From sequence record MW822008.1: a DNA stretch of 64,000 nucleotides; one strand, 5' to 3'. Position numbers and translations under genes: made by a program. Source of the stretch: Escherichia phage BF17. Under the pieces are notes generated by a model. It made no database searches and was not told the origin of the DNA. It worked only from the letters and a program-made list of their open reading frames with translations. Shown piece after piece: positions 8,963 through 18,351 of the stretch (position 1 is the stretch's first letter; the number at the start of each line of letters is the position of its first letter).

Positions 8963-9798
8963 TATGCGAAAAAATGACTTGGGTCATATTTCAGTCCATT
9001 AATTTCCCATTGATGATTACAGTCACTGCATTCAACTTCCATAGTATGGGAAACACCAATTTCAAGTACTTCATCCATTTTTTCACGAATTATTTTAAGT
9101 GTTCCTTTGGACTGCTGACCTAGCCATTCAGAAATGAATTCATTTTCAGTTACTTCATCACCTTCAGGTGTAATTACCTTAGCAATAACTCCTGCGATCA
9201 TATCAAAGTTGAGTTGTGCCATACTTTCAAATACTTCACCAAACACTTTAACTTTTTCTTCCTGCTCCATTTCGGCAGTTTCAAGGAATTTAGTTTTTTG
9301 TTGTTCTGTAAACATTCTTTCTGCGAAGTTAGAATATTCCTTCCAAGTAAGTGGTCTAAACTCTAAACTTAGTCCATTATCCAATTGTACAGTAGGAACT
9401 TCACTGAAAGTTTGTGCTGTTTCTAGTAGATATGATAAGCTACGCTCAAAACGACCTTCTTTGTTACATTCAGGGCATGTCACATTAATATCATATGATT
9501 CTTCTTTAGAAGCTACTTTAATAGCGATAAGTAGTTGCTCTACGTCATTTACATAAAGTTCATCTGCATCAAGTACGTTAGGTACGCAGTTTTCAATAAC
9601 ACGAGCAATTGCATCACCATTTAGAAGCATATCTGGTGTATTGAGTGTCATTTCATCACGTGCACTACGAGCACAAATGCCACATTTGATACCTTTAGAG
9701 CCAAGAACTCCTTCTTTATAAGGAATCACGCCATTTGTGACCAATTTTGTACCAAGTTCTTCAATTTTAGTATACTTAGCTAGTGGGTTCATTGCCAT
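8962..9798 (-). CDS. Hypothetical zinc-ribbon-containing protein (about 278 aa)
   Basis: GGAG then ATG at 9798 (MAMNPLAKY...); cysteine pairs 'CGIC', 'CPEC', 'CSDC'; acidic C-terminus. Confidence 0.5.
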   Translation of the reverse strand: MAMNPLAKYTKIEELGTKLVTNGVIPYKEGVLGSKGIKCGICARSARDEMTLNTPDMLLNGDAIARVIENCVPNVLDADELYVNDVEQLLIAIKVASKEESYDINVTCPECNKEGRFERSLSYLLETAQTFSEVPTVQLDNGLSLEFRPLTWKEYSNFAERMFTEQQKTKFLETAEMEQEEKVKVFGEVFESMAQLNFDMIAGVIAKVITPEGDEVTENEFISEWLGQQSKGTLKIIREKMDEVLEIGVSHTMEVECSDCNHQWEINGLKYDPSHFFA

Positions 9799-9943
9799 TT
9801 TATTAAATCTCCATGTAATAAATGTCTTTGTAGTATTTATTACCAAAAAATGGGACAAATTGGACAAATGTTATAGATGGGTCTTTTTTATTCGTTATAG
9901 ATTCATAAATATTTCTATAATACATCTATTAAAAGGGAATGTT

Positions 9944-12142
9944 ATGGCTGTCAATACAAGTGATTACCTACTACAGCAGTTGGTTAATCAAACTAAAGAT
10001 AACAATGATAGTTTGACTGCTATCCGTGAGTTATTAGCTGAAAATATAAAGAATGATAAGAAAAAATCAGGTTCAAATAGTAAAAAGAATGGTTCCAGTT
10101 CCAGTTCTTCCAGTAATCGTGGAAATCGTGGAAGTGCACAAGCCGATGACGGGAAAGCATTTGGTAAATTGTTCAAATCACTATCTTCTGAAGTTTCTAA
10201 TGTAAGCAAAACAATGATGAACTCCAGTACCAACGTAAGTACTGTAGTAAACTCATTAGGCGTTAGTGCATCATCATTTGCTGGTTCATTAGCAATGATG
10301 CCAGGTCCAATTGGTGCAGCGGCAGCAGCATTTAAACTCGTTACTGGTGCTGGTCTTGCTGTATATAACGCACTTAATGCACAATTGGAAGTATATACCA
10401 GAATTAACAGTGCTGGTGTTGCATTGGCTGAAGGTTATGGTTCAGTACTGAAAGGTGCAGGTGCATCTATGTTGAGTATGGATGCATTCAGTGAAGCTCT
10501 ACAAACACATAGTTCTGTGGTAGCTCAATTGGATGGGGCATATGGTGATGGTGTTGCTACCTTTGGTAAATTATTAGGAACTGTTCAACAAGCTCAAAAT
10601 GAACTTGGCCTTTATGGTATTTCTCAAAAAACATTAACTGATTTAACTGCAAGAAACATTAAGTTCCAAAAACAATATGGTGGTCGTGAAGCTCTTCGTA
10701 GTATGGACCAAGCTAAAAGTACTGAACAATTCATCATGAGCATGACTAAATTCAGTAAAAGCATGGGTGAGTCCGTTGATGCATTACTAAACAAAACACA
10801 AAACCTAGATAAATCACTCGATACGCGTTCTATGCAAATTGCATTGCAGAACTACTCTGGACTATCCAGTAAAGCTGCTGTAGCAACATCTAAGGCGTTC
10901 AACGAAGCTGCGGGTGCAATGGGTGATGCAGGTGCAGATTTCCTCCGTTTGATATCACACAGATTGTCTATTGGTGGCGTACCGGATGACCTACTCACTC
11001 CAGTACTGAACCAGTTCGCTGATTTAGGTGAAAATCTTGTGCGTAGTGGTGTAACTGATTCACAAGAAATTCGTCGCCAACAATTAGAATTCGTTAAAAA
11101 GAATAAAGAATTAATTAAGCAAGATTTGCTTAACCAGATTCAATTAGGAAACACAACTGCTGCAACCTTCTACCAACAACTATTGGATATGGAAGCAACC
11201 GTAAATGAACCTAAAAATAATCCCGCTGATAAATTAACTCAATTTACTAACCGCTTCAATATGTGGATTAGTAAAGAATTCACTGAACCATTTAATACAA
11301 TGTATGCTAATACACAAAATTCAATTGTGGATTATCTTTCAGACATTGCAGACAGAACTGATGGTGCATGGGAGTTTATTGGGGAATTGGCTCTTGATGG
11401 ATTTGGGTTAGTACCTATTGCTAAAGATGCAATTGCTTACCTTGATCGTATTGGTGCTGAATTTACAGCTTGGTTGGATGGATTGGGTGCAGATATATTC
11501 GGTTCAGGTTACTCTAAAGTGTCAGAAGCATTTGATACCTTTATGAATAACTTAATGGATTTACCTGGTAACCTATGGAATTCTGTTAAAAGTTGGTTCG
11601 GTGGTGGTTCTGATAATGATATAAAACTCAATAACAGTACTGAAACCCCAGCAGAAAGCGTAAACAACATCATTGACAACGGTGTAAATAGTGTTAGTGA
11701 TTATTTTGCAGGGATGTGGGATAAGTTCAACAAATGGAACACCGCACGTAACTACAAAGAACCAAAACCACTACCATCTGATTATGCTGACAGTTTATTC
11801 AACCGTCCAGGAGTAGAACGTATTCGTCCTGTTATTGAAAAAACCAATAACGTTGCTCCAGAAATAACTGTATCTCGTAAAGATTTTGATAAAACTGCAT
11901 GGGCACCAGGTGAACCACCAGTTCCACCAAAACCTGACGATACAGAGGCAATTAAGAAGATGATAAATAATGGTAGTGCAGTGACATCGAGAACTGGACC
12001 ACCAGCACCGATTTCTGATGAAATGAAAGAAATACTCAAAAAGCTTGCCGATGTTAATGAACAATCACTATCTGCTGTACAACAGACAAATAATTATCTA
12101 AGAACTATCTCTGAAAACACCCAAGGTGAGAGAAACAGTTAA
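9944..12142 (+). CDS. Tape-measure-like or injected structural protein (732 aa, low-complexity, Gly/Ala/Ser-rich)
   Basis: ATG at 9944 after AAAGGGA; Ser run 'NGSSSSSSSNRG', hydrophobic Gly/Ala segment 'MMPGPIGAAAAAFKLVTGAGLAVY'; directly upstream of the portal gene. The track's longer ORF from 9737 overlaps the divergent gene. Confidence 0.35.
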   Translation: MAVNTSDYLLQQLVNQTKDNNDSLTAIRELLAENIKNDKKKSGSNSKKNGSSSSSSSNRGNRGSAQADDGKAFGKLFKSLSSEVSNVSKTMMNSSTNVSTVVNSLGVSASSFAGSLAMMPGPIGAAAAAFKLVTGAGLAVYNALNAQLEVYTRINSAGVALAEGYGSVLKGAGASMLSMDAFSEALQTHSSVVAQLDGAYGDGVATFGKLLGTVQQAQNELGLYGISQKTLTDLTARNIKFQKQYGGREALRSMDQAKSTEQFIMSMTKFSKSMGESVDALLNKTQNLDKSLDTRSMQIALQNYSGLSSKAAVATSKAFNEAAGAMGDAGADFLRLISHRLSIGGVPDDLLTPVLNQFADLGENLVRSGVTDSQEIRRQQLEFVKKNKELIKQDLLNQIQLGNTTAATFYQQLLDMEATVNEPKNNPADKLTQFTNRFNMWISKEFTEPFNTMYANTQNSIVDYLSDIADRTDGAWEFIGELALDGFGLVPIAKDAIAYLDRIGAEFTAWLDGLGADIFGSGYSKVSEAFDTFMNNLMDLPGNLWNSVKSWFGGGSDNDIKLNNSTETPAESVNNIIDNGVNSVSDYFAGMWDKFNKWNTARNYKEPKPLPSDYADSLFNRPGVERIRPVIEKTNNVAPEITVSRKDFDKTAWAPGEPPVPPKPDDTEAIKKMINNGSAVTSRTGPPAPISDEMKEILKKLADVNEQSLSAVQQTNNYLRTISENTQGERNS

Positions 12143-12154
12143 GGACGAACAATA

Positions 12155-13891
12155 ATGAGTTGGAAACGACATATGACAATGGGGAGATCGAAGTTATCGG
12201 TTGTCCCTAATCAGTCCAGTAATAGCAACAAATCAACAGGAACGAAAACAAATTTCGCTTCCTATCTTCCAGTAGTATACAATGGTTTAGCTAACCGTAC
12301 TGAACGTTATAGTCAGTATGAACAGATGGACCAAGATCCTGAAATTAGAACAGCACTTAATATCATTGCTGACTTCTGTACACAAAGTACTGAAGATTTT
12401 GGTCTTCCATATAAAATCAAATATAAAGATGATATTGGTGATACAGAAGTAACTACTATTGAAGACCGCTTGGATGCATGGACTGAACAAAATGATTTTA
12501 AAACCAGAATGTATGAAATTGTACGTGGCCTATTAAAATACGGTGACCAATTCTTCATTCGTGACCCAGAAACATTTGACTGGTACTGGGTAAGCCCAAA
12601 AAACGTTGAACAAGTATTCGTTAACGAAGCAACCGGAAAAACCCCTGTAATTTATTATATCCGTGACGTATCTTTGAATCTTAAAGATAAAGTGTTTAGT
12701 AACTTGCAAGTTGGTTTTGACAAAACTGCATATCCTGGTGCAATCCCTACCACATTAGGTGGCGGTGGTTCAGTAGCAGCAGGTGGTGCATCTGGTTTTA
12801 CTAACCAAGGAAACTCTGCTGACCCATTCAGTACTAACGGTCGTCTTGATGTTATTCCAGTTGGTGCAGAACACGTAATTCATCTAACCCTAAATACAGG
12901 ACAAGATGGAGTTTGGCCTTTTGGTACTAGTATACTTGAAGATGTTTTCAAAGTCTATAAACAAAAAGAATTACTTGAAGATAGTATTATTATCTATCGT
13001 GTTCAACGTGCTCCAGAGCGTCGTGTATTTAAAATCGACGTTGGTGATATGCAAACTCACCAAGCAATGGCATACGTAGAACGATTCAAAAATGAAATTC
13101 ACCAAAGACGTATCCCTTCAAATAAAGGTGGCAGTACTTCTCTAATGGATGCAGCATATAATCCATTAAGTATTCTAGAAGATTACTTCTTCCCACAAAC
13201 TTCTGAAGGTCGTGGTTCAGATGTACAAACACTTCCTGGTGGTGATAACTTAGGTCAGATTGATGACTTGCGTTACTTCAACAATAAATTGATTCGTGGA
13301 TTGCAAATTCCAGCTTCATATCTACCGCAAGGTCCAGATGATGGTGGTGTATCACTATTTGGTGATGGTGCAACACAAGCAATGGCAAGTGAATTACGTT
13401 TTAATAACCAATGTATGCGTTATCAACGTTTGGTTGCAAAACTATTTGATGCAGAATTTAAACGTTTTATGGTTAAAAATGGATATAACATTAGTACTTC
13501 ATCTTTTGAAGTAATTATGAATCCACCTATTAACTTGGCTTCTTATCGTAAAGCGGAACTAGATGCTAAACTAATTAACACCTATCTCCCACTTAACGAT
13601 CTGCCATATATGGCAAAACAAACTATTCTTGAAAAAATGGGCTTCTCTAAAGCTGATATTGTTAAGAATGAGCAAATGTGGCTCCAAGAAAATCCACAAG
13701 ATGGTTCTGCTCCGTCAAGTGGTGAAGAAGATGCTGCTGGGTTGCAATCTGTTGGTATAGATGCTCCTAACGATCCTGGTATGGATTTGGGTGTTGATGG
13801 TGACGGTAACTTAGAAAGTGCCGATGCTGAATACCAAGAACAACAAGGAAGTGCAGGTTTTAACCCGAATAATTTAGGCGATTCTTTTTAA
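12155..13891 (+). CDS. 20: Portal protein (T4 gp20 family)
   Basis: 'IIYRVQRAPERRVFKIDVGDM' and 'EDYFFPQTSEGRGSDVQTLPGGDNLGQIDDLRYF' match remembered T4 gp20 blocks ('[21 protein letters not shown]', 'EDYWL...VDTLPGADNTGNMEDIRWF'). Confidence 0.85.
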   Translation: MSWKRHMTMGRSKLSVVPNQSSNSNKSTGTKTNFASYLPVVYNGLANRTERYSQYEQMDQDPEIRTALNIIADFCTQSTEDFGLPYKIKYKDDIGDTEVTTIEDRLDAWTEQNDFKTRMYEIVRGLLKYGDQFFIRDPETFDWYWVSPKNVEQVFVNEATGKTPVIYYIRDVSLNLKDKVFSNLQVGFDKTAYPGAIPTTLGGGGSVAAGGASGFTNQGNSADPFSTNGRLDVIPVGAEHVIHLTLNTGQDGVWPFGTSILEDVFKVYKQKELLEDSIIIYRVQRAPERRVFKIDVGDMQTHQAMAYVERFKNEIHQRRIPSNKGGSTSLMDAAYNPLSILEDYFFPQTSEGRGSDVQTLPGGDNLGQIDDLRYFNNKLIRGLQIPASYLPQGPDDGGVSLFGDGATQAMASELRFNNQCMRYQRLVAKLFDAEFKRFMVKNGYNISTSSFEVIMNPPINLASYRKAELDAKLINTYLPLNDLPYMAKQTILEKMGFSKADIVKNEQMWLQENPQDGSAPSSGEEDAAGLQSVGIDAPNDPGMDLGVDGDGNLESADAEYQEQQGSAGFNPNNLGDSF

Positions 13892-13964
13892 TCATAAATA
13901 ACAATGTATAAGAATGAGGGTACATTAGTTTCCCTCATTATAATGCATATTCAAAGGAGATGAA

Positions 13965-14192
13965 ATGTTAAAGGACATCTTTGAATCTAGCAGTGATTCT
14001 TTATACGACCCTGAAGATGATCAGAACGTATATAAAATTACTGATTCCAGAAAACCAAAACTAACATTACAAGTACTTAATAATTTAAGAAAGTACCGTG
14101 AATTTAAAGCTAATGAAGAACAACGACGCAAAAATGTTGTCGCTGTTGTTTATGCAGCAGCACCATCCGGTGATGGTTCAGGATTAATGTAA
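13965..14192 (+). CDS. Small protein at the gp67-like position (possible prohead core protein)
   Basis: 75 aa ORF between the portal and protease genes, acidic N-terminus; call is from synteny only. Confidence 0.3.
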   Translation: MLKDIFESSSDSLYDPEDDQNVYKITDSRKPKLTLQVLNNLRKYREFKANEEQRRKNVVAVVYAAAPSGDGSGLM

Positions 14193-14292
14193 ACAAAAAT
14201 CGCACTTTTTAAAGCTTTTAAAAATGGCGAAATTTTTCAGTACTAAATAATATCATACTTTATATGAATGTAATATATCTATGGAGGATATA

Positions 14293-15123
14293 ATGGCGAA
14301 TTTAAAACTACTACAAGAAGCAATTGAAGCGTTTGCAAACGGCGAACAAGATGTTGCTGATAAAAAAATGCGTAAGTACTTTGTTGAGCAAGCTCAAGAA
14401 ATCAATAAAGAACTAGAAGAAAGCATGGACGAAGAAGAATGTGAAGTTGAAGTCAAAGACGAAGAAAAACTTGACGAAGACTTTGATGTTCAACCAGACG
14501 CTGGTCTAAATGCTGAAATCGAATACACCCTAGGTGAAGAAGATGAAAGTGCAGAAGAAGAAGTTGAATTCTCTGCTGATGCTGATGGCGAAGAAGTTGA
14601 CGCTGAAGCAGAAGTTGGTGCAGAAGTTCCTTCCGAAGACCAATGGGAATCTATTCAAGATGCTTTCCGTGGCCTACAACAAATGTTTGACGAAATCGGC
14701 GGTGATGAAGTTGACCTAGGTTCTGAAGACGAAGTTGAAGTTGGTGCGGAAGAAGAATTCGGTGCTGATGGTGAAGAATCTGAAGACGAATTTGCTGATG
14801 TACAATTCGGTGATGAGAAAGTTGGTGAGTCTTTCAAACTTAAGCAAGTTGCTGCGGTTGATAAGAAAGAAAAAGCTGGCGTTAATACCAAGTCTCCAGT
14901 TGCTCCAGAAGCTAAATCTCCAGTTCAAGGTGTTGCTCCAGTGAAATTCGCAAAAGCTTCCGAAAAACAAGTAGATTATGATTTTGAAAACGAAGATGCT
15001 ATGTCTCACACTGATGAAGACCTAGGTAAAAATGCTCGTGGCGAAATGAAAGATGTTGCGAAGCCAAAAAATACCGCTTCTAAATCTCGTTCTCCACTAC
15101 CAAAATCACAACCAAAAATCTAA
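14293..15123 (+). CDS. Highly acidic prohead core/scaffold-like protein
   Basis: GGAGGATATA then ATG at 14293; long Glu/Asp runs; sits between portal and prohead protease as T4 gp68 does. Confidence 0.4.
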   Translation: MANLKLLQEAIEAFANGEQDVADKKMRKYFVEQAQEINKELEESMDEEECEVEVKDEEKLDEDFDVQPDAGLNAEIEYTLGEEDESAEEEVEFSADADGEEVDAEAEVGAEVPSEDQWESIQDAFRGLQQMFDEIGGDEVDLGSEDEVEVGAEEEFGADGEESEDEFADVQFGDEKVGESFKLKQVAAVDKKEKAGVNTKSPVAPEAKSPVQGVAPVKFAKASEKQVDYDFENEDAMSHTDEDLGKNARGEMKDVAKPKNTASKSRSPLPKSQPKI

Positions 15124-15154
15124 CACTAAATAAAGAAAAGGAAAGGAGATCATT

Positions 15155-15775
15155 ATGAGTATGATTCGTGAATGGTCTTCATTCAATGATTCTAAAGTTG
15201 TTTTGGAACATCGTGATAATGGACTTGGTGGGCGTGATTGCTATCTTCGTGGTATTGCTATTCAAGCCGATCAAAGAAATTTAAATGAGAGAATTTACCC
15301 TTTAGCCGAAATTACTAAAGCTGTTAATAATATGGCTCAACGTTTGGCTAAAGGTGAAAGTATTCTAGTTGAATGTGACCACCCTGAAACACTAACAATT
15401 AACCTTGACCGTGTAGCAGCAATGATTACTAAGGTCTGGATGGAAGGTGCTAACGGCATGGCAGAAATCAAACTACTTGATACTGCTCATGGTACTAATA
15501 TTCGTAAAATGCTAGAAGCTGGTGTGAAACTTGGTGTAAGTTCTCGTGGTTCCGGTAACGTGGATTACAATGGAATAGTTTCTGATTTTGAAATTATCAC
15601 AATTGATATTGTTGCTCAACCTAGTGCTCCAGAGGCATACCCTACTGCGGTTTTTGAATCTCTGATGAGTAAGTACGGATCACCTTGTAATAGTCCTAAA
15701 AAAATCACAGAATCTAAAACAGTAAATAATGTAGATTCTGAAATTTACGATTTTTTCAAGAAATTAAAAGGTTAA
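15155..15775 (+). CDS. 21: Prohead core protease (T4 gp21 family)
   Basis: AAGGAGAT RBS; 'NERIYPLAEITKAVNNMAQRLAKGESILVECDHPE' parallels T4 gp21 'NKRLYPKRILEKAVKDYINEQVLTKQALGELNHPP'; 'VSSRGSG' block. Confidence 0.8.
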   Translation: MSMIREWSSFNDSKVVLEHRDNGLGGRDCYLRGIAIQADQRNLNERIYPLAEITKAVNNMAQRLAKGESILVECDHPETLTINLDRVAAMITKVWMEGANGMAEIKLLDTAHGTNIRKMLEAGVKLGVSSRGSGNVDYNGIVSDFEIITIDIVAQPSAPEAYPTAVFESLMSKYGSPCNSPKKITESKTVNNVDSEIYDFFKKLKG

Positions 15776-15785
15776 CATTTTAAAA

Positions 15786-15793
15786 ATATAAAT
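15786..15793 (+). promoter_or_regulatory. T4-type late promoter motif TATAAATA upstream of the scaffold gene
   Basis: aaaaaTATAAATAtttg about 50 nt upstream of the ATG at 15842; a gp55-like sigma is encoded in the window. Confidence 0.4.
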
Positions 15794-15841
15794 ATTTGTA
15801 TGTTGAAGTACAGATATTTCAGTACTTAAAGGAGAGAACGA

Positions 15842-16957
15842 ATGTCTAAATTAGAAAAGCTTCTAAAAGAATCATCTCTTTCTGATGAGGCAAAACAGCT
15901 AATTCAGGAAGCATGGAATGAAGAAAAAAACACACTTGCCGCAGAAATGCGTGAAGAAATGAAAGGCCGCTACAAACAAGATTTGTCCGAGCTAACCGAA
16001 GGTCTAAATACTATGGTTACTCAAGTTATCGCTGAAGAAATGGGTGCAGTATATGAAGAGAAAAAACGTCTTGTAGAAGATCGTGTAACTCTCCGTAAAA
16101 CCCTAAGTAATTTCTCTGCGTTTTCTAACTCTGTTTTGGCTGAAGAAGTTAAACAAATGCGTAAAGAACGTAAGCATCTTCAAGAATGCATGGGTAAATT
16201 CGTTAATTTCTCTAACGGTATCCTAGCAGAAGAGCTAAAAGAATTCCACATCGAGAAACGTCAACTAGTTGAAACTCGCGTTAAACTACTAGCTGAAGGC
16301 TCCCGTCAAATTGCTGAAGCACGTAACAACTTCATCAAACGTACCTCTGAAAGTGCTGCTAAATACATTGCAGAAACTACTCAGAAAAACCTATACGCTT
16401 TGAAAGAAGATCTTGTTGAAGCAAAACAAAATATGTTTGGTCGTAAAATCTTTGAAGCGTTTGCTCAAGAGTTTAATGTCAAACAATTTAATGAGAATTC
16501 ACTACTACGTTCCCTAACTGAATCAATTAAGTCTAAAGAAGACGAAATTGCACAAGTTAAACAAGAACTAAATGAAACTGTAAGTGAAGTTAAAGCTGCT
16601 AAAACCAAACTACGTATTATGGAAGATTCACAAGCTCGTAATGCGATTATGTCTGAACTAGTTAAGCCACTAACTACACAACAGAAACAAATTATGGAAT
16701 CCCTTCTAGCTACTTCTCCTACAGAAAAGCTTAAAGACGATTTCAGTAAGTACCATAAGTCAGTACTTAACGGTACTAAAGTAAATGAATCTGCTACCAC
16801 TCGTCAAGCAGTTCAGTCTTCCGCTAAGAGAACTCTTGCAGAAGGTAAAGTAATCACTGGCAACCGTCAGGCTATTGTTGAAAGCGAAGAAATGACCGCT
16901 GACGATATGGCATTCCTAAAAGAACTCGATGTTCTTTCTGGTATCAATAAAAAATAA
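15842..16957 (+). CDS. 22: Prohead scaffold protein (T4 gp22-like), coiled-coil
   Basis: AAAGGAGAG RBS; Lys/Glu-rich helical sequence with repeated heptad-like segments; between protease and capsid genes. Confidence 0.55.
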   Translation: MSKLEKLLKESSLSDEAKQLIQEAWNEEKNTLAAEMREEMKGRYKQDLSELTEGLNTMVTQVIAEEMGAVYEEKKRLVEDRVTLRKTLSNFSAFSNSVLAEEVKQMRKERKHLQECMGKFVNFSNGILAEELKEFHIEKRQLVETRVKLLAEGSRQIAEARNNFIKRTSESAAKYIAETTQKNLYALKEDLVEAKQNMFGRKIFEAFAQEFNVKQFNENSLLRSLTESIKSKEDEIAQVKQELNETVSEVKAAKTKLRIMEDSQARNAIMSELVKPLTTQQKQIMESLLATSPTEKLKDDFSKYHKSVLNGTKVNESATTRQAVQSSAKRTLAEGKVITGNRQAIVESEEMTADDMAFLKELDVLSGINKK

Positions 16958-16995
16958 ACATTTTAAAGCATTTTAATAATCAAATTTTTCAGTTC

Positions 16996-17003
16996 TATAA
17001 ATA
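16996..17003 (+). promoter_or_regulatory. T4-type late promoter motif TATAAATA upstream of the major capsid gene
   Basis: tttttcagttcTATAAATAatatcatact; the surrounding ~28 bp block is also found at 14231-14259. Confidence 0.45.
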
Positions 17004-17047
17004 ATATCATACTGAAAAACGAATATAACATCTTTAAGGAGATAATA

Positions 17048-18223
17048 ATGTCACAACTACTAAATGAATCCAAATGGGTAGCAGTTAAAGAGAAACTAGT
17101 TGAAGGTCTACAAGGTACTCGTAAGTCCGTAATGGAAACCGTACTTGATAACCATCGTAAACTAATGCTAAACGAATCTGCTACTTCTGGTGCAACCACC
17201 GCTGGTAACATCGCTACTCTAAACAAAGTGATTCTACCAATTATGCGTCGTGTTATGCCAACCGTAATCGCTAACGAAATCATCGGTGTTCAGCCAATGA
17301 CTGGCCCAGTTGGTCAGATCCACACCCTACGTGTTCAATATGCTGACAACGCTCCTGGTGTTATCGCTGGTGAAGAAATGCTTTCTCCATACAAAATCGC
17401 TAAGTCTTATACTGGTGACCTAAACGCAGACAACAGCAACCCACAAGCTGCTCCTACTAGCCAACTAGAAGGTACTATGGGTCGTCGCGTTAACATCCGT
17501 ATTCTACGTGAAACTGTTGAAGCGAAATCTCGTCGTCTATCTGCACGTTGGACTGTTGAATCTGCACAAGATGCACAATCCCAACATGGTATCGACGTTG
17601 AAGCTGAACTAATGGCTGCAATCGCTCAAGAAGTTACCGTTGAAATCGACCAAGAGCTACTAAGCCGTCTACGTGCACTACCTGGTGCTGCTGCTGTAAC
17701 TTATGACCAATCTAAAGTTACTGGTGTTGCGACCTTCGTTGGTGACGAGCACGCTGCTCTAGCTACCCTAATCAACCGTCAAGCGAACGAAGTTGCTCGT
17801 CGTACCAAACGTGGTGCTGCGAACTGGGCTGTTGTTTCTCCAACCGCTCTAACCATTCTACAGTCTGCAACTACTTCTAGTTTTGCACGTACTACTGAAG
17901 GTACTTTCGAAGCTCCAACTAACGTTAAATTTGTTGGTACTCTAAACAGCACCATGCGTATCTTCGTTGATACCTATGCAAGTGATGTTGAAGATATCCT
18001 AATTGGTTACAAAGGTAACGCTGAAACTGATGCTGGTGTGTTCTATTGCCCATACATCCCACTAATGGCTTCCGGTACTGTAATGGACCCTAACACTGGA
18101 GAACTCGTTACAACTTTCTTAACCAGATACGGGTATGTTCAGTTGACCGATAGCACCAGTTCACTAGGTAACGCTGCTGACTACTACAGTAAAATCGCTA
18201 TCAAAAACGTTACTTTCATGTAA
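17048..18223 (+). CDS. 23: Major capsid protein (T4 gp23 family, HK97-like fold)
   Basis: TAAGGAGAT RBS; 'NEIIGVQPMTGPVGQIHTLRVQY' matches the conserved gp23 'VQPMTGP' block; strong codon bias; followed by a strong terminator. Confidence 0.85.
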   Translation: MSQLLNESKWVAVKEKLVEGLQGTRKSVMETVLDNHRKLMLNESATSGATTAGNIATLNKVILPIMRRVMPTVIANEIIGVQPMTGPVGQIHTLRVQYADNAPGVIAGEEMLSPYKIAKSYTGDLNADNSNPQAAPTSQLEGTMGRRVNIRILRETVEAKSRRLSARWTVESAQDAQSQHGIDVEAELMAAIAQEVTVEIDQELLSRLRALPGAAAVTYDQSKVTGVATFVGDEHAALATLINRQANEVARRTKRGAANWAVVSPTALTILQSATTSSFARTTEGTFEAPTNVKFVGTLNSTMRIFVDTYASDVEDILIGYKGNAETDAGVFYCPYIPLMASGTVMDPNTGELVTTFLTRYGYVQLTDSTSSLGNAADYYSKIAIKNVTFM

Positions 18224-18246
18224 TAATAAAGAATTTAAATATACTA

Positions 18247-18276
18247 GGGACTCTTCGGAGTCCCTTTTCTTTTTTC
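18247..18276 (+). terminator. Intrinsic terminator after the capsid gene
   Basis: GGGACTCttcgGAGTCCCttttctttttt. Confidence 0.7.
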
Positions 18277-18287
18277 AGAAAAAAAGC

Positions 18288-18316
18288 TTGACAAGTAGAT
18301 TTTAATTATATATAAT
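18288..18316 (+). promoter_or_regulatory. Consensus sigma70-type promoter (TTGACA-17 nt-TATAAT)
   Basis: TTGACAagtagattttaattataTATAAT, exact -35 and -10 hexamers with a 17 nt spacer, right after the capsid terminator. Confidence 0.6.
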
Positions 18317-18351
18317 TACCACATACCAAAAATCACAAAGAGACAAATAAA

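Noticed and set aside
9134-9556. Antisense ORFs lying inside well-supported genes (e.g. 9134-9556, 3504-3758, 14655-15009, 16465-16800, 36072-36338, 39675-40127, 52567-53332)
   Set aside because: They sit opposite genes with clear homology or codon bias, lack RBS and have low-complexity translations; treated as shadow ORFs.
9737-9943. Upstream extension of the 9944 gene (track ORF starts at 9737)
   Set aside because: The extension overlaps the start of the divergent minus-strand gene and its promoter region, has a hydrophobic junk-like sequence and no RBS; ATG 9944 with AAAGGGA is preferred.
13905-13935. Hairpin ATGAGGGtacattagtttCCCTCAT after the portal gene as a terminator
   Set aside because: Not followed by a T-run (followed by tataatgc); more likely a transcript-stabilising or processing structure, left unannotated.
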